Source: Octopus sinensis (lineage: Eukaryota). From it: 64,000 nucleotides of DNA. Positions 26,355 through 39,790 of the stretch are shown here, piece after piece. Every line of letters starts with the position of its first letter. The stretch's first letter is position 1. The stretch spans positions 70,122,001 through 70,186,000 of the forward strand of contig NC_042998.1 of assembly GCF_006345805.1 (NCBI RefSeq), given 5' to 3'. The notes under the pieces were generated by a model. It worked only from the letters and a program-made list of their open reading frames with translations, had not been told where the DNA came from and did no database searches. A program made the position numbers and the translations under genes.

Positions 26355-26925
26355 CCAGGAATGAATACGCACGTGTGCAAGCAAATCAATTCACGAACTG
26401 AAGGTTCTTGCACATGCGAGGCACATATACACAGTTGACAGAGTAGTTGATACTTGTTTCTGGGTTTGGGGCAGAGCGGACTAGTTTCTCTTTTATAGAA
26501 GTCAGTGTGTCTCTATCACGTTATTGGCTACAGATGAACCACCAACCAATGCGATCTTTTGCAACGTTTCAGCGTGAACCTGAGATCATTGTTTTAACTC
26601 TTCTTTTGACCTTTCTGTTGTTGTGTGCCTCTTTGCAACTTATAGAATCTTTGCAACTTAAGACTGGGTGCAAATTATAGCGCTGAACATGCGAACAACA
26701 TGCCTCACCCAGTCCAAATGCAGTTTGGTTTCTATGTCCTCAAGAACGAAATCTTTGCTCGCAATAAGATCACTTTGATCTCGCTGTCTTGACACTTCCT
26801 CCTTGGTATGTGAGGTAGTTTTCTTTGGAGTCTTAAAGTTTCGAGTTGTGCTCTGTGTTTTCTGTAACATACCGAGGCTCTACAGCAATACTTGAGGACA
26901 AGAAATGCTCGGTGGACAGCTGTAG
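26355..26925 (-). mobile_element. Decayed RTE-clade (BovB-like) LINE 3' fragment with terminal zinc finger
   Basis: Minus strand reads AVHRAFLVLKYCCRASVCYRKHRAQLETLRLQRKLPHIPRRKCQD, then IETKLHLDWVRHVVRM and ETLQKIAL/KDRIGW. It ends with YMCLACARTFSS-IDLLAHVRIH (26358-26432). Confidence 0.75.
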
Positions 26926-27004
26926 TCACTATTGCTACTGTTGTCGCCGATGATGATGGTTATCATGGCAACGACTAGTTTAATTTCTGTTTTATTGGTG
27001 TTGA

Positions 27005-27344
27005 AGGTGCATGGCTCTGTGAGCGTCGGGCTCACTATCATGATGTAGTGAGTTCGATTCTCGGACCGGGTTGCGTTTTGTGTTCTTGAGCAAGACACTT
27101 TATTTCACGTTGCTCCAGTTCACTCAGCTGTAGAAATGAGTTGCGACGTCACTGGTGCCAAACTGTATCGGCATTTGCCTTTCCCTTGGATAACATCGGT
27201 GGCGTGGAGAGGGAAGGCTGGTATGCATGGGCGACTGTTGATCTTCCATAAACAACCTTGCCCGGACTTGTGCCTCGGAGGGTAACTTTCTAGGTGCAAT
27301 CATATGGTCATTCATGACCGAAGAGGATCTTTATCTTTTTACCC
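27005..27344 (+). mobile_element. tRNA-derived SINE (family B), second copy
   Basis: Colinear and highly similar to 6952-7304, with B-box GTTCGATTC. GGTGTTGA at 26997 and 27345 is a possible TSD. Confidence 0.9.
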
Positions 27345-28352
27345 GGTGTTGATCGAAAAGCCATAGTTGATTGATGGTCTTTTAAGTTACTTTGCAAGGA
27401 GCTGTAGGTTCTCGTCCAAATTTGTGACTTTGGTACAATCGTCTGTGTAAAGTAATTCACGGGCTGTGATCGAAGATTTATTACCGATTAACTCGACAAC
27501 ATTGTATTACTTGTACCTATTCTTACAGTCGAAGCGAAGGGGTATATCTGCTTTAGAATTTGAACTTAGAACGTAGCAGAATAGTGTGATAAGGTTGTGG
27601 GATAACAGTTACACTCACATGAGTAACAGGCAGCGTGACTAAATTGTGCTGCAATAATTAAATAAGGGGAATAAAGCTTGTTGGATAGACGACATTCGGT
27701 ATACAGAAAAATTTGAGACGAATGGTATGTGAGTTATATGAGTCTAACAGGATTTCCTGGTTATAATTCAGTCACATAAGTGTGACAAGGATGTGTTTTG
27801 TAGGCTAATTATACAACACTGGCGTAATATTAGACTAATTATTTTCAGAATTTAAACTCATCTGTAATTTCTTTTTAATGTTAATATTTACATCCGGATA
27901 TTGATTCGATTTGATTTACTCTTTTTATCATCAGATTTCTTATTCTTGGATATGCACATAATACCAGATAGGATTTGAACTAGGAAATTATATTAGCTGT
28001 AACTTGGCTGTAACATATGTACATGTGCTACAGTGAATAAAACCTGCATTAAAGTTTTTTATGCATTTGTTTAGAAATAAAGACTACTTGTCTGGTACTA
28101 TGTATACAAAGTTAGAATTCAGTTTGGTGCTATGTATATATATATTCAGGTATAACAATTTGATGACGATCCGATCAGACACCAAGCTGATCGAATATAG
28201 TATAGAGGTAAAAGTGATAAATATACAATCTAAAAAGACAAGGGAATAGATATCAACGTTTTACATATTTTCCATCTCCATATATTTTAAAATTTTCTTT
28301 TTTCATTATTTTCGTCTATGGAAGAATTGTGTATCATGGCTTTCACAGATCG

Positions 28353-28620
28353 TCCGACATCAGAGAGGTCTACATAGCTAATAGTTTTCGGGAATCAAGA
28401 CGACGGCTGCTGAAATTCCATAGGACTGATGTTCTGAGCAGGAAAGGCTGGGTGTACTGGTTAGTGTGTGGCTTGCAGTGGGCTAGGGTTGAAGACAATA
28501 TAGGATGAGTGACGAGCGAATCGGGGATGCTTCAGTAGATGTGGTGCGAGAACAGTCAGCTCCGAGTTTTACAAGCTACAGAAATGGCAGTAGAAAAATC
28601 GGCAATATAAGCTAGCGTAC
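28353..28620 (-). mobile_element. Decayed CR1/L2/Jockey-group LINE 3' fragment
   Basis: Minus strand reads ASLYCRFFYCHFCSL-NSELTVLAPHLLKHPRFARHS and THTNQYTQPFLLRTSVLWNF, matching the C-terminal F.PRT..LWN.LP pattern. Confidence 0.55.
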
Positions 28621-29844
28621 GTTATAATTAACAGCTGCATTATTATAATATCGCAGTTTGTAGTTTAAGAAAACACAATTGCAACAAATCTTTCTCCCTA
28701 CACATCATCAATTCACAGGGTCTTCACAAATTAAAAGACTAAAAAAAAACCCAAATTAAACCACGTAATTTTTTATGAACCTTTGTGATAAACATGCATC
28801 TACAACAGACAAAAGTAAATCTTAAAGTCTTAAAAGCCTTCTCCATGGTCCAGAAGCTACTTTAACCCTTGAGATCTGCTGACCCTACTTATAATATATA
28901 AGTATATTCACACTAGAGTCATACTCATATTCCACGATTTTACATAGCAACTCCGAGACCTCAGCCCTACCGGATATACCAAATATTCAAGCACCAACAC
29001 ACTCCCAATCCAGCAAGTCTTTATAACATGTTGTTTCCTCCATCTGACTCTTCGGACATCTCCTGCTCGGTTGAACTACCAAACTATATAAAAACCCTCA
29101 AGTTCACTCAATTTACCTGCCTTTGTCCTCATTTCTTCAGTGTACCACCTCCAAAATCTGTATTGTACTATGGCTTTATTTCATTTTCTAAATCCTGCGC
29201 AAAAAAATGCTCATAAATATTTATCCCCAGAACTGTTATCAACCAGTGCGACATAGTTTCTGTAGAAACATCAACCTATATGACTTAGTGAAAGATCAAT
29301 TGCATTGCTTTCGCCTGTCTTGGAAGATCTTCAGAAGCTATGGGTACTCCTCGGAGTTAAAATATTAAAAGAAAACAAAGAAGCAAAAACGAAAGTTCCA
29401 TATCCAAGTGGTTAATGGCAGTGCCACAGAAAAGGGCGGAAGACGTTTTTTTTTTACTTCTTTGTAATATAAGAAGTATGAAACCCTTGTATTTTTTGCT
29501 CTAATTATAACTCCCATCAAATAAGTTTATTACCAAATTGATGATCTCACTACCGAGCTGACGCAATATATGCCTAAAATAACACAGCTGTTCTATTTTT
29601 ACCCGAACCACCGTTTACCACCCAGGGGTTTCTCATTACTTACTCCATTGCCATTCTGTCTGTTTCCTTAAACATTAAACAAACCAAAGTCACCACCATT
29701 TATAATTTGCAGTGGCATCTGTATTAAACGTGCATCTGGAACTTCTGTTCAAGATATTACATCACTTTCTTGTTATCGCTGTTCTTGTTCGTGTATCCTC
29801 TCTTCTTCCCAGATTCCTGGCCTTCTGCCTATGGTAGACATTAT

Positions 29845-29845
29845 T

Positions 29846-29882
<37 letters not shown>

Positions 29883-29889
29883 CCACCAC

Positions 29890-29930
<41 letters not shown>

Positions 29931-29933
29931 CCG

Positions 29934-29998
<65 letters not shown>

Positions 29999-30000
29999 GT
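29845..30000. repeat. (CAT)n microsatellite
   Basis: Direct reading. Confidence 0.98.
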
Positions 30001-31389
30001 TGTTGTCGTTGTCATTGTCGTTGTTATTATTATTATAAATTGCTTTTGCTTTGTTTTTGAGGTTTTGTAAATATTATTGACATTAACAGTTGCTGAAGTT
30101 ATGTATCTTCCGCTTGTTGTTGTTGAGGTTCTTATCGTTATCGCTGTTGTTGTTGTTGCTGCTGCTGCTGCTGTTGTTGCTGCTACCGCTACTGCTGCTG
30201 TTATTATTTATCTGCTGTCATACCTATATTCTAAGGAGCAATAGTAATATTTCTCCTAATCCTGCACGACAATATCTAGAATATCAAAACCATTTTTCCC
30301 ATCCATCCTTTATCCTCATATATTACCACATTCCTACACAACCGTACTTTATACTCATATGTTACCATGTTCTTCCATAGCCGTACATCTTTAATAGGTT
30401 CTTGTACTTGCGCATACCAGTGTAACTCAGTATTAACACCTTGTTGTATTTAAGTCCCTAAAAGCGGGTAGCTCTCTAAAGGGACGTGATTCTGTAAAAT
30501 TAAAGCATTGAATAAATACAGTCCGATACATAAAATGAATGCTGAAACAAATACTCGAGTCAAATAAAATTAACTACAAAACCTTGCTGAAGGAGCTCCA
30601 GAATGGCCGCAGTTTACTGACTGAAGCAAAAACAAAAAAAAAAGCTGAAAAGTAAATGAATATGAAGCTTTACAAAATAGTGGGGAAGGAGAAGAAGACA
30701 TGCGAGATAGTCTGGCCCTGGATATCTCCTAAAAGACGAGATGGTCATGATTGGGATGTGGAATGTCTTTGAAGATAGGCCTGCTCGATCACAGGGTTAA
30801 ACAACAACAAACTATTACCAATCTGGAAGGGATTACAAAAACTATAAATCCCCATCTCATTCTATAAGTAAATAAATAAAATAAAAATAATATTGCATTC
30901 TGGGAGATTTATGATTTCGTGAGTTTTAAGCGGCCATATTTTAGCCGTTAGGAATCCACTAAGTTTTATATGTTAGCATTGGTATGTATTGATGGCGCCC
31001 ATGTTTATGTGTTCAGAGTTGCATATTCATGGCATCTAATTATCCCTTAAAAGTGTTAGACCCAGATAAAGCTGACATCTAAGGAGTCTGTAAAGTTTTA
31101 GGGGATAGCTGGTCCTGCAAACTAATAAAGCCTTAATTATTTGGGTTCAGTGCCAGTAACTAATCATCCTTTTACTTCTCCCAGTCAATAAATGTTAAAG
31201 GTGTTTATATTTAGGTGCAAATAGCACGATATAGGGTCCTGCAGGGTGGGGGATGTAAAGTTAAGTGATTTTGCAGAAGGATGGGGTCAGGGGAATGAAA
31301 CTAGGGGCAGAATAAGTAGGTGTGTCGTGATGGGTGATGTGGGTGGGGGGTGAAACAAGCAAGACAGAGGTAGGGAAGAGAGAGAGAGA

Positions 31390-31860
31390 GAGAGAGAGAA
31401 AAGGGAGAAATTGCTGTATATATATATATATTATATATATATATATATAATATATATATATATATATTATATATATACATACATACATACATACATACAT
31501 ACATACATACAACATACATACATACACACACATATAGACACAGAGAGAGAAAGAAAGAATAAGAGTGAAATAGAGAGATATTATTAAAGTAGAGAGAAAT
31601 TATTGTGGTAGAGAGACAAGAGGGAGAGAGAGAGAGAAGAGAGAAATTGCTCTATATATATATATATACATACATACATACATACATACAATACATACAT
31701 ACAATACATACATACACACACATACATACATACATGAATACAAACACACACACACATATAGACAGAGAGAGAGAAAGAAAGAATAAGAGTGAAATAGAGA
31801 GATATTATTAAAGTAGAGAGAAATTATTGTGGTAGAGAGACAAAGAGGGAGAGAGAGAGA
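31390..31860. repeat. Tandem duplication, period about 225 bp
   Basis: The roughly 100-bp purine-rich block starting CATATAGACA at 31531 recurs almost identically at 31755. Confidence 0.85.
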
Positions 31861-31904
31861 AAGAAAGAGAGAGGAGGAGTGACATTAAGGAGCTAGCTAG
31901 CTAG

Positions 31905-31946
31905 ATAATATAGATAGATAGATAGATAGTTAGTTAGTTAGTTAGT

Positions 31947-32037
<91 letters not shown>

Positions 32038-32038
32038 T

Positions 32039-32115
<77 letters not shown>
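31905..32115. repeat. (GATA)n microsatellite
   Basis: Direct reading. Confidence 0.98.
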
Positions 32116-32666
32116 CGCGTGTGATGTGTGTGTGAGAGAGAAAAGGTGGAGGTTAAATAGCTGGGAAATCTGTAAATGAATTATGTTAACTGACAATGAG
32201 GGGATGTGAGAGAAAAAATGAAATAGTAAAAGGTATAGGTATGTATGTATGTATGTATGTATGTATGTATGTATGTATGTATGTATGCATGTATGTATGT
32301 ATGTATGTTGTATGTATGTTGTATGTATGTATGTATGTGTATGTATGAAAGTCGGTAGGTATGTGTATGTGTGTATGAATGTTTGATGGTGTGTCTATGT
32401 CTATGTGTGTATGTTGGTGTATATGTATGTTGAAGCTTGTGTGAACGCATGAGATAATGAACTGGTGAGAGAATATGAAGAAAAGATATGAAGATGAAAG
32501 AAGAAAGACAAAGCGGTTAGGGTAGATATACTGATTAATAATTATTTAATTAGTGACCGGGTGTCATAAATTGGACAAAGATTCCAGGGAACTAAGTCAA
32601 CCTGGCGCCCGGGCTCGACTGCTTGGTTTTTGCCCTTTCTAGTCAAAGTTTGGTGTTTATGACCAA

Positions 32667-32726
<60 letters not shown>

Positions 32727-33028
32727 AATATATGTGTGTGTGTAGGTATGTATAAGTACATGCTTGTATGTATGCGTGCGCGTCACCTACCTTAATTCTA
32801 TGTGAGAAACTCAACAATTTGTAGCTGTCAGGATCAATTCGTTTCCCTTGCTACTATGTATACACAGTTGCTGTTATTGTTTAGCCCAGCTGAGTAGAAC
32901 TATGACTAAAGACTTTCCAGCCTGACCATCCTGGTCAGAGTAAGATTTGAAGGAAATTTCGCTTATATTTCCAGATTGTCAAGTAGCCACATACCATGTT
33001 AAGGTTGCTCCTTCTTTATCTTATTTCT

Positions 33029-33262
33029 TATTTCTTTATTGCCCACAAGGGGCTTAAACATAGAGGGGACAAACACGGACAGACAAACGGATTAAGTCGA
33101 TTATATCGACCCCAGTGCGTAACTGGTACTTAATTTATCGACCCCGAAAGGATGAAAGGCAAAGTCGACCTCGGCGGAATTTGAACTCAGAACGTAACGG
33201 CGGACGAAATACCACAAAGCATTTCGCCCGGCGTGCTAACGTTTCTGCCAGCTCACTGCCTT
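33029..33262 (-). mobile_element. SINE family A (tail type i)
   Basis: Reverse complement closely matches 12948-13177 and 41841-42073. Confidence 0.92.
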
Positions 33263-36200
33263 GTTTTATTTTAGTAGGGTAACGATATATAAACTATTTA
33301 CTGAGCTGCATCGACACTTTCAAGCGTAGAACATTTAGTGTTTACTCACAATAACAACCGATATCTTTTTCAAGTCGTCTATCTTCTGGCAGTATGGCAA
33401 GAACTATACTTCATCGAGGAGGTTTTATAAAACCGAAACAGGTCTAGCGTTGTCATCATATTGTCTGTCAAAGACCAGACAAATTTCCCCAGTGTATTTA
33501 AATTTGATTTTAATTTTAATTCTTCGATTGTCTCCCTTGCTTTCCTTGATCAAAGTTAGTTATCAATTTGATTGTTGCGCCTAATTACAGGTGTAATAAT
33601 AATTGATTAAAATTACTTAGAGCACAATACTAAAGATGGTAGCACTAACCCATGTACATTTGATGTTATTTTAGAGCAACTTCAAGAAAAATAATCTAAA
33701 TATATATTTATGAGTGTATGAATCACACAATGCTGTGTCTCATTATATAAGTTTCAACAAAGTCTTGTAATATTGTACATGTCTTGCACTATTATATAAG
33801 TCCCTGCATGTCTTGTTCTATAAAATAACTTTTAAAATGCTTTGTATCATTATACGCCTCAACCATTATGAAAGACTAGGAATATTTCCATCCATTGGAC
33901 AAGTTACAGAAGGTTTCGTGCCATTGCAAAATAGACATATGATAAACCGGCTTTCTTGTTTTCCTAATAAATTGTGTGTTTTAGAAGAAAGAGGTTGGGA
34001 AGCATTACAAAACAATTATGAAAGATATATCTAAGCCGACTTATTACCTTTTGATGGACAGTGAGCGACCGCATATGTTGATATTGCAGTGATATGGAGA
34101 ATCTTTTAGAAAAACAGGGCCTCTGCTGGAAAAGAAAAGAAAGTATGTTCCTGACTTATTTATATATTGAAACCCGCAATTTTCTATAGGCTCTACCTCT
34201 GGTATTTTAGTACTCTTTTTTCCACCTTATTTCACATTTATATGCTTACTCCGGTATATATGTGTATATATATATATATGCATGTATGCTCATGCATAAA
34301 GAAAAAGTGTTAAACTTATATGTAGTAAAATATTCTTAAGTTCTGTTGCTTTCAATGCATTATTTTAAGTATAAAACTGATTCAAGAAAATATAAACGAA
34401 AATTTATTGTAAAAAACGGCATATTTTTATTGCAATATTTTCAAAAGATATGGAGATATTGAAATATTGGAGTTTATTTCCAATTATTATTCAATTTTGC
34501 TCATATTTACTTTTATCTTGCTCATCATATAAATTACGATATTCTGTTGTATATATATATTTAAATATGGAATAATGTGAAGCTATAAATTAAAGATTTA
34601 TGGAAATATACTGTTAGCTATGCCACAGCTCTTAAGTAGCAATAGAAAAATATTGACCCTTATCAGGAAAATACAAAGGCAAAAGTTTATAATGTTAATC
34701 ATCTATCTACAATGAAATACAGACTGAAGAATAAGGATGCCAACATACTTTAATAAATCATAAGAGAATTTACTTGTTGGATATGTGCTTCATTGTGTTT
34801 ATCATTTCTTCGTTATCAGCATTAATGTCTTTCTCAGTACTAATTCAGTATAATATTGGAGTGTGTCTCTTCACCACACAGGTTGTACAATTTTATACTA
34901 AACTAACTTAAGTTTGGGAAAGGAACGCTTTACAGTTGCTGTTGCTTGTAAAACAACTTGGGAAAACAAGACGGATAGAATTTTCCTCGGTATAACTGAG
35001 GGTGAATCTCAGGTAATTTTTGGCAGTGAATAAGATGAGTGAAATACCCTTATTCCTATCAAAAGTTCTTATCCCCCTCATTCTCCAATGACCTTTCAGT
35101 TTAGTGGCACAAATAAGCTATATTGTGGCTTTAGATGTTTCCAACTTACCCGTAAATCACCTGGTAAATTCCTTAATTTCTGGAATGTGTGCAATACATT
35201 CTGAGCACACTTTCACAAGATAAATACTTTTTAAGATTTAGAACTACACTTGAATCTCGCTGGCACTTTTCTTGCCATTATTTGACCAAAAACTCCGTCG
35301 GAACTTCGGTATCTGCATCATAAGCTTACTGAGTTACATTCAAAACATTACGTATCTTAAGCACATCAACAGTGATTGTATATGCGATATATTGCTGTTG
35401 AATAACACTTGAAATAACCGCTATCTCCATAAATACAAGTCTTGACATTTGAAAGTAAAGACGAAACTTAAAGTCGATGTTACTTAACAGTATTGCTGCG
35501 TTTTTGCTTACTGAATCTGGCGAGCTACTTCAGGTTCTGATCGGAAAATATGCCAGAGCCGTAAAGACTTACTGTAAGGTTATCAAAGTTTCCAGAGCTG
35601 CTACCGAACTGGGTCACCTTGTACCAGAAAATATTCTCAGTTCTGAGATTTTGGATAGGTGGGTTAGCGAATTTGTATGAATAAAGCATTCCAGTTACTT
35701 GTGAAATGAAGATATATAACCTTTTTACAATATCAAAAGGACAAAATAGCAACTGGATTGCATACTCTCTACAAACAGAGGATTCATGCAATGTGAATGG
35801 CAATAAACATAAAACTCTTGAATTTGGTGAAAGACATTTCACTGAATCACCTCTTATGATCCATTCGTGTTAGCAACTCCATCGTTGCCCCAACCCCTTC
35901 CACACGATTTTTGTCTGTAAACCAATTCTCCTTCATTACTATCTTGTTGGTTTCTTGATTCCATTTAATATTGATTTTCTTATATAACTAGACTGTGTCA
36001 TCTTTAAATCGAGCTTGTGAGTATTGTCGCTGTGGTTTCTTTTTACTGATGTTACCCTGTGCAGTCACTCGATAGCTATCGATGACTCTGCTATACTTGC
36101 TAAACTATTAGACCAGGTTAGAGAAGTTTCATTCTTTAAATATGTTTCATATTTCTCAAGTAGTGAAGAAAAGTTATTATAATATATTTATAAATATTAA

Positions 36201-37085
36201 AATGAGACTAATCTTCAAATAAATTAACATGAACACTAGTAAATTCCAGGACATCATTACAAATAGACATATTTCAATGATTTTTCTACTCTATTTCCTA
36301 AATCTTCATACATTTGTGATAGATTTTTGGCCTTACATCTTACTTTTGTTTTATTTGTGAGATACACGGTTTGTTCTCAACAATTAAATACCTTTCTGAG
36401 AATGTCAGAAAACTTGTTATGTTTCCTTAAAAGCTCGGGTGATATATATTTAAATATTTTTGTCTTTTCGTAACCGTAGTAGTAGCGGTGGTTGTGGGGC
36501 GCTTATCTCATTATAAAAATAATAAATCTATCCAAGCAGGTTTCGTTACAGATATTTCAGAGACTGGCTTGTTTCGTTCATAATACAAGACTCAGAAACC
36601 AAATCCTTTCATACTCCTACCCCTTCTGCGTGATAATAATTTCTAACAGACACACAAACCTACATGTTGATGGGTGTATCTAGGACGGATGAATCTACTG
36701 TAATTATATATGAGGGAAAACTGTGTTAGTTAATAATGAATAATCCAACCATTTTCATTAATTTTATTTAAAATTATTTTGTATCTTAAAAGCAATTTCG
36801 CACGAAAATATAAAAGATACTTGTTGTCATGTAAATTATTTATTAATTAAAAAAATATTAATTTTAGTTTGTGCTCATTGGTGACTACACCGAGTTGGAT
36901 TTTTTTACATATATTTTTTTTATTGATTTAATAAAAGTGAAACAAATAACTGGAAAACACATGCTAGTAATTATATTCTATTAAAATATTATTTTTTAAT
37001 TTTGATTAAAATAGCACTTTCTATCTGAAAGAGAAAAGAGGGCCGAAGCGGTCAAGTCCCTTTCCATGTGTACATCAGTATGTTA

Positions 37086-38332
37086 CTGGGTTGGCAACTA
37101 AGCTTCCGCCGTTTTTTTTTTTTATTTTGGAACTTATTGCGTTTTAAAATTTTGGAATCTATTTTTTTCGAGAATTCTATTTTTGAATCATTTGTAAATC
37201 TACTTTTTTTTCTAGTTAATTTTAGTTAACTTTTATTCATTGTCAGATCATTAAAATGGAATGTCAAGTTAAGAAAGACGAGCATTTTCGACACCTTCTT
37301 TTTGCTTTTAATCAAAGTTCTAAGGCCACAAAAGCTGCTCGCAACATTTATGATGTGTATGGAGAGGGTGCCATAGCTGAAAGAACCGCTTGTGATTGGT
37401 ATGCCAAGTTCAAAAATGGAAATTTTGACCTCAAAGACGACCTCGTTCTGGCCGTTCAGTTGAGTTCGATGAAGAGCGATTAAACCAACTTGTGCCCGAA
37501 AATTCTCTTCAAACGACAAGGGAACTGGCAGAGAAAATGGAATGCTCCCACACTGCTATAGAGAAGCATCTTCACTCGATGGGAAAGGTTCAGAAGTATG
37601 GAGCATAGGTTCCGTATGCTTTAAGTGACAACAACAAAAATTACAATGTCCGCTGGTTTGCTTGCACGTCACCGCTCAACTCATGGACACCAACAACGAT
37701 TTCTTTACCGAATCGTTACTGCCGACGAAAAATGGTGCCTGTAAGGAATGGCTTAGCCCCAGTAAACAAGCGACACCGGGCGAGAAACAAGATCTTCATC
37801 TGCGTAAAACGATGTTGTGCGTATGGTGGGACTGGGAAGGGTTAACCATTCCGAATTGCTTGAACGAAACCAAACGGTCAACGCGGAATTCTATGTTCAG
37901 CAGATGGAACGGCTCAACACGGCTATTCAAGAGAAAATACCTAATTGGCAGCATGGAGTTCAACGCCCGCCCTCATATCGCCAATATGGCCAATATGGCC
38001 ATATCACCAATATGGCTGGGAAGTGCTGCTACACCCACCGTATTCTCCTGATTTGGCACCAATGGATTTCCACCTCATTCGATCTCTTTCAAATGCTATG
38101 CGCGGAGTTTCATTCAATACTGATGCAGAATTGAGAGCTTGGTTGAATCAATTTTTCGAGTCGAAATCGAGTGATTTCTACCAACGAGGTATTGAAAATC
38201 TTGTTGAACGTTGAGAAAAAGTTGTAAACAACAAAGGTGAATACATTATTGATTAATTAGTTATTATTTTTTATTAAATCTTAAAAAAAAATTTGAATTA
38301 AAAAAACGGTGGGAACTTAGTTGCCAACCCAA
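37086..38332 (+). mobile_element. Full-length, inactivated mariner DNA transposon (mellifera-subfamily-like TIRs)
   Basis: Left end TA|CTGGGTTGGCAACTAAGCTTCCGCCG. Right end CGGTGGGAACTTAGTTGCCAACCCAA|TA. TA target duplications at 37084-85 and 38333-34. Length 1247 bp, with an internal transposase remnant. Confidence 0.95.
37256..38256 (+). pseudogene. Mariner transposase pseudogene
   Basis: Fragments in several frames: MECQVKKDEHFRHLLFAFNQ (HTH region), VTADEKW, KTMLCVWWDWEG, GWEVLLHPPYSPDLAPMDFHL, ending EYIID-stop. There are frameshifts, and a deletion removes the second catalytic Asp (CATGGAGTTCAACGCCCG where HDNARPH is expected). Confidence 0.95.
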
Positions 38333-38473
38333 TATAATACACTTTGTCAAGCAGTTCAAACGTGTAAACAAGACTGTTGTACTGGGAAGTGATGAACTCA
38401 AAAAGTGCAAGCTAATCGTTAGAGCAGCTGTAGGCATGTTGTAATGTTTAATCCTCTACTTTATATATATATA

Positions 38474-38514
<41 letters not shown>

Positions 38515-38518
<4 letters not shown>

Positions 38519-38824
38519 CGTGATCACCGTGACCGACCAGGCCATCAGATGCTGCTACACATCGCTGGTCACAATGCGCTTCGCATTATTTTAGCCTTCA
38601 AATGACGCCACCCCCCGCTGGCTAAGCGAGCAGGCCAACAGAGGAGAGAGTGAGAGAAAGTTGTGGCAAAAGAATACAGCAGGGATCGCCACCACCCCCT
38701 GCCGGAGCCTCGTGGAGCTTTAGGTGTTTTCGCTCAATAAACACTCACAACGCCCGGTCTGGAAATCGAAACCGCGATCCTACGACCGCGAGTCCGCTGT
38801 CCTAACCACTGGGCCATTGCGCCT

Positions 38825-38826
<2 letters not shown>
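38515..38826 (-). mobile_element. tRNA-derived SINE (family D)
   Basis: Reverse complement begins GGAGGCGCAATGGCCCAGTGGTTAGG (A-box) ... GTTTCGATTTCC (B-box). It ends GGTCACGGTGATCACGGTGA, running into (TA)n. Confidence 0.88.
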
Positions 38827-38862
<36 letters not shown>

Positions 38863-38913
38863 ACACATACATACACACACATATATATGTATGTATGTAC
38901 GTTTGTATGTATG

Positions 38914-38947
<34 letters not shown>

Positions 38948-39174
38948 TGTATGTATGTATGTATGTATGTATGTATGTATATATATATAAGCATGTTGTA
39001 GAATTCAATACTGCATAACTGTTCCCAGAGGCAACAACGAAGAGAAATGACTACTTTAAACTAGAAATGGTTGAGACTAGATTATGGAGACCCAACAGTA
39101 TGTAACATGGATTCAGTTGCACAATAGAAACAGGATACGATAACATTTCCAGTACTCAGTTGGACCGGAAAGAC

Positions 39175-39790
<616 letters not shown>

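Noticed and set aside
25546-30070. Poly-His, poly-Met and poly-Ile ORFs (25546-25887, 29770-30060 and overlaps)
   Set aside because: (GAT)n/(CAT)n microsatellites, open in several frames on both strands, with no flanking coding signal.
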